Positions 7,957-18,504 of a stretch of DNA of 64,000 bases are shown here, one piece after another; the first letter of the stretch is position 1, and every line of letters begins with the position of its first letter. The stretch spans positions 405 to 64,404 of the forward strand of contig JBFMBP010000084.1 of assembly GCA_040755155.1 (NCBI GenBank). Direction: 5' to 3'. Source of the DNA: Candidatus Omnitrophota bacterium. Lineage in GTDB: Bacteria > Hinthialibacterota > Hinthialibacteria > Hinthialibacterales > Hinthialibacteraceae. The notes beneath the pieces were generated by a model. The model had not been told where the DNA came from. It saw only the letters and a program-made list of their open reading frames with translations, and searched no databases. The position numbers and the translations under genes were made by a program.

Positions 7957-10692
7957 ATGGTTCGCATAAGCCAAAATTTTCTCAGCGAGAGGATTTTATA
8001 CAACCTGCAAACCAATATTTTGCGGGTCTCTCAATTGCAGGAACAACTCTCTACGGGACGCCGCATCAATCGTCCCGCCGATGATCCCGTCGATTTCCCT
8101 TCCGCTTTGAATCTGCGTTCGACCATCCAGCAAGGGCGCAGCTATATGAGCAATATTCAGGGAGCGCGCACGAACCTCGAATTGACCGAAACAACGATGG
8201 ACAGCCTTACTGACGTATTGCAAACGATCCGCACTTTGGCGGTGCAAGGCGGAAACGACGCCGATCCCGACGCCCGGCTGGCCATAGCCAATCAAATTTC
8301 TGAACTCAATGGTCAAATATTGGATTTAGCCAACGCCAACTTCAACGGCCAATATATTTTCAGCGGCGGAAAGACCAACGCCCAAGCCTTCGTAGTGGAA
8401 AATGGAATGGTGGTTTATAAAGGGGACGATTTTATGCGGGACGTCTCTCTCAGCCAAGGCGCCAAAGTAACGACCAACCTGACCGGCTTCGATACGTTCT
8501 TGCATACGCCCAATCAAATCACCGCTTCCGTAAGCATCGCCGATGCGTCCGCTCCACTGGCGGAGCAGCTGCGGTTGGCCAATCCCAATTTCCCCAATCT
8601 CCCCCCCAGCCCCGACAGTCCATCGGGAACGAATTTAACGAGATCGGCCAATCCGGACAATTCGCCTACGTCGAAGCCGAACAATTACGCCAGTTTCTAT
8701 ATTCACGACGTGGAAATCAAAGTCGACCTTAGCGTGGATTCATTGCAAGACGTGCGCGACCGCATCAACGCCTCGACCTCCGAAGCCGTAGCGTCGATCA
8801 ACTCCGACAATCAACTCGTCATCACTTCCAAAAGGACGGACGCCTTGGATTTGCGCGACGGCGGCCATCCGATCGGCTTTGAGGCGGATCCGCCCTTTGG
8901 GGCCAATCTCCTTGGCGCTTTGGGAATGTACAAGAGAGTGGATGGATACCGCAATCTGGCGTCGGGTTATCCCGCCGCATCGCCGTTAACGGATGGAACG
9001 GCCTCTCCCGCTCCCGCTCGTTCTCACGTAACGTTAAACAATAGCGCCTTCCTTTTTGCGGCGGCTAATACCGGCCCGTCCGATAACGCCGCATCGCCTT
9101 TTGGAGACAACATGGCGATTACCGATATGGATGCCGACGGCAATGAAGCTTTTAAAGCGAACGGCGATCCCCAATTCATCGATCGCCTGGAAGCTGTCCG
9201 CATTACGATCGACGGCGAAGTCGTAGATATCGATCTGCGTTCTTTAACACAGGGGCGGGATTTCGACGGCGTAGAAGGCAATGCGGACGACGTTCCCGGC
9301 TCGTCGCTCGGCGATTTGCTCGAATTGATTAACAATCACCCCAGTCTAAAAGGCCGCGCTACGGCGTATATCAATTCCACGGGAACCGGCATCGGCGTTA
9401 CGGCGGTCAACAGCACGGATGTTTTTAAAGTCGAAAACGTGCGTAAGTTGTTCGGACGCGACATCACGACCGATGTCGCCATTGATGCAGTGACGGGCGA
9501 GGCGGCGATTAGCCAAACGGATAAACTTACGGAAAATACCAAACTCGACGATCTGCCCGGAGCATTGGTCGATGAAACGGAAGGCGGCAGTCTTGGCGTA
9601 CGCCGCGCCGATCCCATGCCCGCCGGATTGCCGCCCGCCGCCAATAAGGGATTCATTTCCATCCAAAATAACGGGACGACGACTTCCGTCGATTTGCGGG
9701 AGGCGGAAACGATTGGCGATGTGATTCGCGCCATCAACGAATCGAAAGCGGGCGTCCGCGCCGAAATCAACGAATCGGGAACCGGCATCAACGTCGAATC
9801 CGCTGTCGGCAATTCCGAAGAACTCAGCATCGTCGACGTAGGCGAAGGCACAACGGCCCGCGATCTCGGCCTCTTTTCTCCCCCGGCGCCCAAGCGAATC
9901 CAATCCGATCAAGCTGTACTAGCCAATCAGACCGTCGCCGGCAATTATCCTGCGGCGTCGGAAGGCGCATTTCAAATCGAATTGCGCGACGGTTCCGGCG
10001 CAACCATGGATACTTATTCCATCTCAATCTCGAAAACCGATACGATGGCCGATATCGTCAAAAAAATCGACGAAGCGGACGGCCAATCCGGCCCCGGAGG
10101 CGGCGCTATCTCCGCCAACCTAACGGGCGGCGTTTTGAATATCGTGAGCCATTACAACGGCCAAACGATTTTTATCGACTCGGGAAAAGATACGACTGGA
10201 ACGGACGCCGCCACGCGCTTCACGGCGCTGATAGGCATCGATAAATATTCCTACACCCTCGAATCGGAAGTCAATCCGCTGACTCCCTATGAAAGCAAGC
10301 AAAACACCGCCTCAATTTTGGGCGTAGAAGGAAACGGGACGGTTAAGGAAACGATCGAGAAGAACGTCTTTCTCAGCGTCAAGAATCTGGAACAGGCTTT
10401 GCGCAACGACGATACCGATGGCGTAACGCAGGCGCTGGCGGATTTGGATATCGATCTCAACCAGATTCTCGACAAACGCACCACCCTCGGCGGACGAATC
10501 AACCGCCTCGATTCCGCCGAATCCCGCTGGCAGGAAGGCGAGGATTTCCTGCGCCAGCAACTCTCCTCTATTGAAGACGCGGATTTCGCTCAAACCGTTT
10601 CCGATTACACGCTCGCCCAAAACGCCTTCAACGCTTCGCTGCAAGCCGCCGCTAAGGTGATTCAGCAATCGCTGCTCGATTTTTTGGGGTGA
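7957..10692 (+). CDS. flgL: flagellar hook-associated protein 3 FlgL, 911 aa (typical is ~300-400)
   Basis: Flagellin-like N-terminus (MVRISQNF...STGRRINRPADDP) and flagellin-like C-terminus (QNAFNASLQAAAKVIQQSLLDFLG). Position directly after flgK (47-bp gap). Confidence 0.85.
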   Translation: MVRISQNFLSERILYNLQTNILRVSQLQEQLSTGRRINRPADDPVDFPSALNLRSTIQQGRSYMSNIQGARTNLELTETTMDSLTDVLQTIRTLAVQGGNDADPDARLAIANQISELNGQILDLANANFNGQYIFSGGKTNAQAFVVENGMVVYKGDDFMRDVSLSQGAKVTTNLTGFDTFLHTPNQITASVSIADASAPLAEQLRLANPNFPNLPPSPDSPSGTNLTRSANPDNSPTSKPNNYASFYIHDVEIKVDLSVDSLQDVRDRINASTSEAVASINSDNQLVITSKRTDALDLRDGGHPIGFEADPPFGANLLGALGMYKRVDGYRNLASGYPAASPLTDGTASPAPARSHVTLNNSAFLFAAANTGPSDNAASPFGDNMAITDMDADGNEAFKANGDPQFIDRLEAVRITIDGEVVDIDLRSLTQGRDFDGVEGNADDVPGSSLGDLLELINNHPSLKGRATAYINSTGTGIGVTAVNSTDVFKVENVRKLFGRDITTDVAIDAVTGEAAISQTDKLTENTKLDDLPGALVDETEGGSLGVRRADPMPAGLPPAANKGFISIQNNGTTTSVDLREAETIGDVIRAINESKAGVRAEINESGTGINVESAVGNSEELSIVDVGEGTTARDLGLFSPPAPKRIQSDQAVLANQTVAGNYPAASEGAFQIELRDGSGATMDTYSISISKTDTMADIVKKIDEADGQSGPGGGAISANLTGGVLNIVSHYNGQTIFIDSGKDTTGTDAATRFTALIGIDKYSYTLESEVNPLTPYESKQNTASILGVEGNGTVKETIEKNVFLSVKNLEQALRNDDTDGVTQALADLDIDLNQILDKRTTLGGRINRLDSAESRWQEGEDFLRQQLSSIEDADFAQTVSDYTLAQNAFNASLQAAAKVIQQSLLDFLG

Positions 10693-10785
10693 TTGTTTTA
10701 TTTCGAAAGAATTGAGAAATCGTCATCCTTCTCTTATCTCTCGCAATCTCTCTCGAATTCCCTCTTTTCTATTTATAATTGGGGT

Positions 10786-10899
10786 TTGCTGATATATTCG
10801 TAAGTCTTGACAAACGAGTATATTAAGATATAATTTCCTCAAGGAATGCGTAAGAGAATCTGCGTGTATTATACAAAACCTTTGCACATAATTTACAGG
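10786..10899 (+). promoter_or_regulatory. conserved ~115-bp cassette copy 1: near-consensus sigma-70 promoter plus a 12-bp palindromic operator at +1
   Basis: TTGACA at 10807-10812, TATAAT at 10829-10834 with a 16-nt spacer, then the palindrome TTCCTcAAGGAA at 10835-10846. About 90% identical to the cassette at 44022-44133. Confidence 0.55.
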
Positions 10900-10947
10900 T
10901 TGAATTTCTCTAAGCGCAATCATGATTCGATCCTTTCATTGCGATTA

Positions 10948-11178
10948 ATTTATATGATTGAGAATATGATCAATGGATTGGGTTAATGGCCACCCATCCG
11001 TTTCATCTAAAACGATATAATCACTCGCTCCATTTTTAATTACTAATTCCCGTAAATCGGGATCATTGAATTCATGGACTACAATAATTGGCGCGTCTGG
11101 TCTTTTTGCTTTCAAAAAAGAAAATGTTGGATACCCTTTGCTGTCCGGAAGAGTGAGATGGGCATATCCGACCGGATG
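10948..11178 (-). pseudogene. C-terminal half of a response-regulator receiver (CheY-like) domain with no start codon; truncated gene
   Basis: 77-codon open frame without ATG. LPDSKGYPTF...PIIVVHEFNDPDLRELVIKNGASDYIV matches receiver alpha3-beta5 (MPxxDG ... AGAxDYl). A stop lies immediately upstream, abutting the IS. Confidence 0.45.
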
Positions 11179-12470
11179 TTATAGACTCATTCCATGGACA
11201 ACGTTTGGACTGAGAATTGGCAATGTTTAAAGTGTTTTCTCCCAGAGGGCTGGGAGGAAAGGACTCGACAATTAGGCGCTTGGCAACGCAAACCTCGTTC
11301 GATTCCTTCAACGGAATCCCTTTTACGGTTGCTCCTGATTCATTTGGCGGATGGCTGCTCCTTGCGCGAGTCTGTAGTTCGCGCCCAACAAGGCGGGCTC
11401 GCTTCGATTTCCGATGTCGCATTCTTAAAGCGCCTGCGAGCTGCCAGTGAATGGCTGCGCTGGATGGCTGTGGAAATGCTCAAAATCCGCCCCCCCATGC
11501 TTGAAGAGCCTTCGTGGTTGAAGGATTACCGCGTTCGCGTTGTCGACGCAAGCGTGATCTGCGAACCCGGAAGTACGGGAACGGATTGGCGAATTCACTT
11601 CAGTTTCGACTTATTCGGCCTTCGGTGCGATGAATTCTATGTGACAAGGCCTCAGGCGGGCGAAAGTTTTGTGCGCTTCAAGATATTGCCTGGAGACCTA
11701 ATGCTTGGCGATCGCTCCTACGGACGCCTCAAGGGATTTCGTCATGCGACTAGCCGCGGCGGCCACTTTCTGTCGCGTTTGAAAAAAAGCCTTCCAGTTA
11801 AGTGATAGAAGAGGCGAACCCGAGTCATTGGCGCAGATAGTGGAGAAATTGTTCATAGGCGAGGCGGGAAATTGGCCTCAGGCGGCCCAGGCGAAAGGTA
11901 AGCCGGATTTTCCGTTGCGCGTCTGCGCCCTGCGTTTGAGCGAAGATGCCGCCGAACAAAGCATTCGCCGGGCCAAGAAAGAGTTGAGCAAAAACAGCGT
12001 AGTCTCGATCCCGAAATTCTCGCTCTGCACCGTTATATTATTTTAGCTACATCGCTGCCAGAATCTGTTTCCATGCGGCAAGTCCTCGAATTATATTGTG
12101 TACGCTGGCAGATCGAACTGGCTTTTAAACGGTTGAAATTCATCATGGGATTGGGACACCTGCCAAAAGAAGACGATGAATCCGCCAAAACATGGCTTCA
12201 CGGGAAATTGCTCGTATCCTGTCTTGCCCAAGCTATCGTGGATGAAGGACATTTTTTTTCCCCTTGGGGATACCCTTGGCAACGATGAAGACAATTGCGA
12301 ATATTCCATATGGCGCGAACTCTCTTTTGCGTTGCATCTTATACGGCAAGCTGTCAATCCACCGCTTAATATGGCGAATTGCTTAAACCGATGGCCTACA
12401 ATCGCCAGAAACCTGGCAGAGCCGCCACGAAAAAGGAATTACCAAATACATGATTTGGTCGGTATGTAAC
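11160..12470 (+). mobile_element. degraded IS4-family insertion sequence (~1.3 kb) with imperfect terminal inverted repeats
   Basis: Transposase ORF is broken into at least 4 frames. Candidate IRs are atATCCGACCggATGtta (left) and its imperfect complement around 12441-12465 (right). YCVRWQIELAFKRLK is the IS4-type YREK motif. Confidence 0.6.
11194..12469 (+). pseudogene. IS4-family DDE transposase, multiply frameshifted and interrupted
   Basis: Pieces at 11194-11805, 11828-12046, 12073-12288 and 12176-12469 in different frames together resemble one ~400-aa transposase. Confidence 0.65.
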
Positions 12471-12676
12471 AAGGTTAGCGCTTATGCCGCCGATTCCCCT
12501 CGCAGGGAATTTCATTGAATCCGTCGAAAAAAAGCCTGTCATGGGTTTTTATTTTCCAAACATCTAATACTATATTAGATATATAGAAATCGATTCGTTT
12601 TTTCCCCCTACGTTGCCGTTCCTGCAAGCCATGCGTTAGCGTAGTGCGCGATTGGAATATTATAAGAGGTAGTCCC

Positions 12677-13888
12677 ATGAAACCTGCGTTCTGGATTCTA
12701 CTCGTCCTGGCTAGCCTTACCATCTCGTCCTCGGCGTCCGCCGATACATTGATGCTCAGCAATGGAGATCAAGCGGTTGGAACCATCCTCTCGGAGAATG
12801 CAGAGAAAGTCGTAATCGACATACGCGGCATGCCTGTGGAAATTCCGAGTTCATATATCCTCTATATCGTCCAAAACGGCGTACAACGGAAAGTCGGCGA
12901 AAAGCCCGCCGGGATCGGAGGGACAATCCTAAGCGCTACAGAGACAGCCATTCCCTCCAACATTCAAAGCGTTACATCCACAACGACGATTCCACCGGGA
13001 CCGGTAGACTCCAATCCCGCGCCGCTGCTTCCCGTAGTTCTGCCGCGCGGCAAAGCCTATCAAGTTACAAGTACGGGAATCAGCTTCCGCAAAGGGCCAA
13101 GCCTGGAATATCCGGTTATTTCCATGTTGTCAGGACAAACCATCCTGATCGAAATCGAATTTTCCAGAGAATGGCTGCACGCTTCCACGTTAGAGGGAAC
13201 GGAAGGCTGGATCCACCAGAATTTTATCCGCCCGATGGAAAACACGCCTTGCTTAGCCGCCGCCGATCAACTCAATATCCGTGAGGCGCCTGGAGAGGTT
13301 TACCGTTCGCTGGCCCGGCTGCAACGGGGCGCCGTCGTCGTTAAGATGGAAGAACGCGATGAGTGGTATAATGTGCTTTACCGGGAAGACGAAAAACATT
13401 GCGTGGCGGGTTGGTGTAACAAGCAATATTTAATTCCGCTCCTGCAGCCCAATCTCTATCGTCCGCCCATGAAATTGGCGAAAAACAGCGCCGTGGGAAT
13501 GCCCATCCTTTTACAAAAGACGCCCTTGGCGGGCGGACTCGCCAAGTTGAGCCTGACCGCGCGCGATCCCATGTTGACGCGAAACGGCATTGCGAAAGTC
13601 ATCGTTTTCCACAAAGACCGCTCCTTACTCGATCGAGATGGGACGCTCTACTCCAGCGAAGCGATTCTCCTACGAGAGCGATTGGTCAACTCCGGCGATA
13701 TCCTCAACATCGGCCTTCCCGAAGAATTGTCTCTACGGTACGTTGGCGGGGATATCTTGACGATGCTGGGCGAGCGGACGATGGATGCTTGGCAATATAG
13801 CCTAACTCTGCCTGACGTTCCCACATTGGCTTTCGCTCTCACGGTGCAAGAAGGGCCGGCGCGGGGCACAATTATCGAGGTGGAATAA
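12677..13888 (+). CDS. secreted protein with two bacterial SH3 (SH3b) domains
   Basis: Signal peptide MKPAFWILLVLASLTISSSASA. Two SH3b-like segments (ISFRKGPSLEYPVISML...GWIHQNFI and LNIREAPGEVYRSLARLQRGAVVV...WYNV). Confidence 0.55.
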   Translation: MKPAFWILLVLASLTISSSASADTLMLSNGDQAVGTILSENAEKVVIDIRGMPVEIPSSYILYIVQNGVQRKVGEKPAGIGGTILSATETAIPSNIQSVTSTTTIPPGPVDSNPAPLLPVVLPRGKAYQVTSTGISFRKGPSLEYPVISMLSGQTILIEIEFSREWLHASTLEGTEGWIHQNFIRPMENTPCLAAADQLNIREAPGEVYRSLARLQRGAVVVKMEERDEWYNVLYREDEKHCVAGWCNKQYLIPLLQPNLYRPPMKLAKNSAVGMPILLQKTPLAGGLAKLSLTARDPMLTRNGIAKVIVFHKDRSLLDRDGTLYSSEAILLRERLVNSGDILNIGLPEELSLRYVGGDILTMLGERTMDAWQYSLTLPDVPTLAFALTVQEGPARGTIIEVE

Positions 13889-13997
13889 ACCAATTACAAA
13901 GTCTGGGTGGCAAAAGCAAGGCGAAGCCTGCCTTTGATTTTTTCGCGAGCAGCGCAGGGTGAATACAAAGCGAAGAGCAACCCGCCGCTCTCCGTAC

Positions 13998-14654
13998 TCA
14001 CAAAGGATCGCCTCCCGGTAAAAACGAACGCAAAGGGCACTCCTCGCATTTGGGCGTCTTACGGCAAAAACCATTGCCTACAGCGACCAACTGCGCATGG
14101 AAATCTTTATAAAGTTCCCGATCGGCGGGAAGATTGTCCGTAAAGAAATCCCTCAACCCATGATAATCGATCTCTTCGGGAATCCATCCGTGGCGTGCGG
14201 CGACGCGGTAGGAATAAAGATCGACCACAAACGAGAGATGGCCGCCCGCATAGAGGAGAATCGAATCCGCCGTCTCCGGCCCCACGCCTTTGATTTCCAA
14301 TAGTTTCCGGCGCAATTCCAACGTCTCTTCCCGAAACATCTTCGCCAGGCTGCCTTGATATCCCTTTTGCAAAAAATGAAGAAAGGCTTTCAACTTTTTC
14401 GCTTTCTGGTTGAAATAGCCGGAAGAGCGGATCAACTCCGCCAGACGCGATTCGGATATCTGGCTGAGTCCATGATAAGTTAACGCGCCTTCTTTCTTCA
14501 GGTTCGCAATAGCCTTTTCCACATTTTTCCACGCCGTGTTCTGAGTGAGAATCGCGCCGATAATAATTTCCATGCGCGTCTCTCCCGGCCACCAGTCCCG
14601 ATGACCGAAATGCTTGCGAAGAACATGATAGATTTGCATGAAATCGACAGGCAT
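13998..14654 (-). CDS. endonuclease III-related HhH-GPD DNA glycosylase family protein with an Fe-S cluster loop
   Basis: LLEIKGVGPETADSILLYA is the HhH-GPD motif. C-terminal CRKTPKCEECPL is a C-x6-C-x2-C [4Fe-4S] loop. Confidence 0.8.
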   Translation of the reverse strand: MPVDFMQIYHVLRKHFGHRDWWPGETRMEIIIGAILTQNTAWKNVEKAIANLKKEGALTYHGLSQISESRLAELIRSSGYFNQKAKKLKAFLHFLQKGYQGSLAKMFREETLELRRKLLEIKGVGPETADSILLYAGGHLSFVVDLYSYRVAARHGWIPEEIDYHGLRDFFTDNLPADRELYKDFHAQLVAVGNGFCRKTPKCEECPLRSFLPGGDPL

Positions 14655-14740
14655 AATCCAAAAATCGTAACGTAAAAAATGCAGGATTGGGAGAGCTGTA
14701 AGCGGCGAAGCAGCTATCGATTAATCATCGAGGCTCATGC

Positions 14741-14888
14741 AAAATTAATGAAATCAGTCTTTAAATTCTCCCCCCAAACTTGGGGGGAGTTAGAGGGGGG
14801 TTGATTTTAATGGACTTACGTCAACCCCCTCCTGACCTCCCCCAAGTTTGGGGGAGGAATAAATGAATTTTGTATGAGGCTCCATCTT
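14741..14888. repeat. MITE-like element family B copy 1 (~148 bp) with ~17-bp terminal inverted repeats and internal hairpins
   Basis: TIRs gaggctcatgcaaaatt / aattttgtatgaggctc. Internal tccccccaaacttgggggga hairpins flank the gttagaggggggttga core. Reverse complement of the copy at 25888-26034 at about 92% identity. Confidence 0.7.
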
Positions 14889-14890
14889 TA

Positions 14891-14928
14891 AAAAAATCCC
14901 CGTCTTCCACGGAAAACGGGGATTTTTC
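14891..14928 (-). terminator. rho-independent terminator downstream of the porin gene
   Basis: aaaaatccccgt...acggggattttt stem-loop with flanking T/A runs; could act bidirectionally. Confidence 0.6.
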
Positions 14929-14949
14929 AACTTTCCAATCGCACGCCGG

Positions 14950-16362
14950 CTAAAATCTATAAATCAACGTCGTCTGCACGCGTACGCTGTCTTCATCCTC
15001 TCGATCTTGATAATCCGTATCCCAATAGGAAAGTTCCAATCCCAACAATATCGCCTCGTTGATTTCATAGAAGGCGTTGCCGAAGATCGAATAATTCTGC
15101 GAACGTCCGCCCGCGTTCAAATCGTCCTCCTCGGGATCGTCGATGGAGGCGCCCACATTGAAGGACCATTGGTTCCACGGCCCCAAACCAAGCGCCGCCC
15201 AGCCGCCTAAAGCGCGGATGCCTTCGCCGGGAGCGTCGATCGAGTTGTTGCCGTCGACGTCGATCCCGCGCAATCCCTGCGCGATCCCGCCTAAATAGGC
15301 GTCCAGGTTCTCTCCAAACCACAATTCGCTCATCAATTTCAATTTATCCAACAACGGCAGGGTAACATCGAGATTCGCTGACCAGGTATTGAAATCCCTC
15401 GCTCCGTAAGCAATGCCGGTAAACGTTCCACCATCATACTCTTCCTGCCCCCAATGGCCGGAAACGCCGATAATCGACGGTTTATCCGTCAATAGGGGGA
15501 AGGCATAGGCTACGCGGCCTTGGAGCGTCGGAAATCCGGAATCGGAGCCATTGTCGAGATAGCTGGCGCTGGCCGGAAGACCCCATCCTTCGCCGATCGT
15601 GCGAGACAAGGCTCCCTGGAACATCAATTTGGAGTTGTCCGTTGGGTCAAAATTCTTGGTAACGCGCAGTTGCGGACGCCGGTATCCTAAATCGCCCACC
15701 CACCAGCCAACGGCGTAATTCACGGTTGTCGGAACCAGAGGAGAGATTACGTCGCTGGTCTGACCGGCTAAAACGCTGAGATCGTAATCCGGCCAATCGA
15801 GTTGCACATAGGCGTGACGCATCATGGGATTCGCCTTGTTTTCGCTTCCCCCGCCGTAAAAATCCACTTCCATTTTTCCGGTGGTTTTCATGTTTCCATA
15901 ATCCGGACCAGTAAAGTTTAGCCCAAAGCGCGTCTGATTGGCTGTTGCCGTAAATTGATCGTCGTCTCCGCCCGCAGCTCCCGATTCCACCCATCGCGCA
16001 TAATTTCCCAGGCTGGTCCGCTGCGTATCGTAGGCTGCGTCAAATTTGATATAGCCATAAAGATCGACGCCGTATTTGGCCGTAATGGATGGTTTTTCCG
16101 CTTTCGCAGGGATGGATTTTATCTCTTCCGCCGGTTTGGCGGGCGGAGCGGCCGGCGCCGCTTGCTCGCTCAAACGTTTTTCCAATTCCGCATTGCGCTT
16201 TTCTACGTCGGTCAGTCTTTTTTGCAGGTTCTCGATCTGTTCCTGCATCTTCTTCATCATTTCATCCCCGGATAGCGCCCATGAAGCCGCATCTCCTGGA
16301 CTTTGAGCCAACAGGATTCCCAGAGATAAACCCATCGTAACGGCGATCTTACTCATTCTCAT
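14950..16362 (-). CDS. outer-membrane beta-barrel porin with an N-terminal coiled-coil (DcaP/OprO-P-like architecture)
   Basis: Signal peptide, about 60-aa heptad coiled-coil, Ala/Pro-rich linker, beta-rich remainder ending in aromatic-x-F (YRF). Similar architecture to the porin at 23108-24508. Confidence 0.6.
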   Translation of the reverse strand: MRMSKIAVTMGLSLGILLAQSPGDAASWALSGDEMMKKMQEQIENLQKRLTDVEKRNAELEKRLSEQAAPAAPPAKPAEEIKSIPAKAEKPSITAKYGVDLYGYIKFDAAYDTQRTSLGNYARWVESGAAGGDDDQFTATANQTRFGLNFTGPDYGNMKTTGKMEVDFYGGGSENKANPMMRHAYVQLDWPDYDLSVLAGQTSDVISPLVPTTVNYAVGWWVGDLGYRRPQLRVTKNFDPTDNSKLMFQGALSRTIGEGWGLPASASYLDNGSDSGFPTLQGRVAYAFPLLTDKPSIIGVSGHWGQEEYDGGTFTGIAYGARDFNTWSANLDVTLPLLDKLKLMSELWFGENLDAYLGGIAQGLRGIDVDGNNSIDAPGEGIRALGGWAALGLGPWNQWSFNVGASIDDPEEDDLNAGGRSQNYSIFGNAFYEINEAILLGLELSYWDTDYQDREDEDSVRVQTTLIYRF

Positions 16363-16773
16363 TATTCTCCTCCAACAATATTAAAAAAATAGTTAAATAA
16401 ACGTCTCAATTCGCCTCTCGACCTCCCGCTCTTCAAAGATACAGGATTTTGAGATGAATAACAATATTGGCAAAAAACAAAACGGCGACAATTTACTAAG
16501 TATTCGATTCATTCCGCCGTTTTAACCAATTATCGGATTACCCTATTAAAAGAGTATCTCTTTTTTACTTGAAATCCTAAATAATAAAAAAAATCTGGAT
16601 AATCCATTGATGCATTCGTTATTAAAAATGTCCTGATCGATCCATCAAGCTCCCGTTTTTCTTCTTTTGAACGAAAATTCCATTGATGATCGATCCGACA
16701 GACTCTCCTCATTTATTGTTGAGGAAGGAACCGTTATAATATTTTTTTTCGAAATTCTATTTAGGAGCGATTT

Positions 16774-18471
<1,698 letters not shown>

Positions 18472-18504
18472 AATCAAGCGGATGCAAAATAGGATGCGTT
18501 ATTT

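Noticed and set aside
10921-10947. 8-codon ORFs after each promoter cassette as real leader peptides
   Set aside because: Same length but no sequence conservation between copies. Kept only as a note within the cassette finding.
11072-11422. 116-aa minus-strand ORF spanning the receiver remnant / IS boundary
   Set aside because: It is in a different frame from the receiver-like remnant and crosses into the transposase region. Likely spurious.
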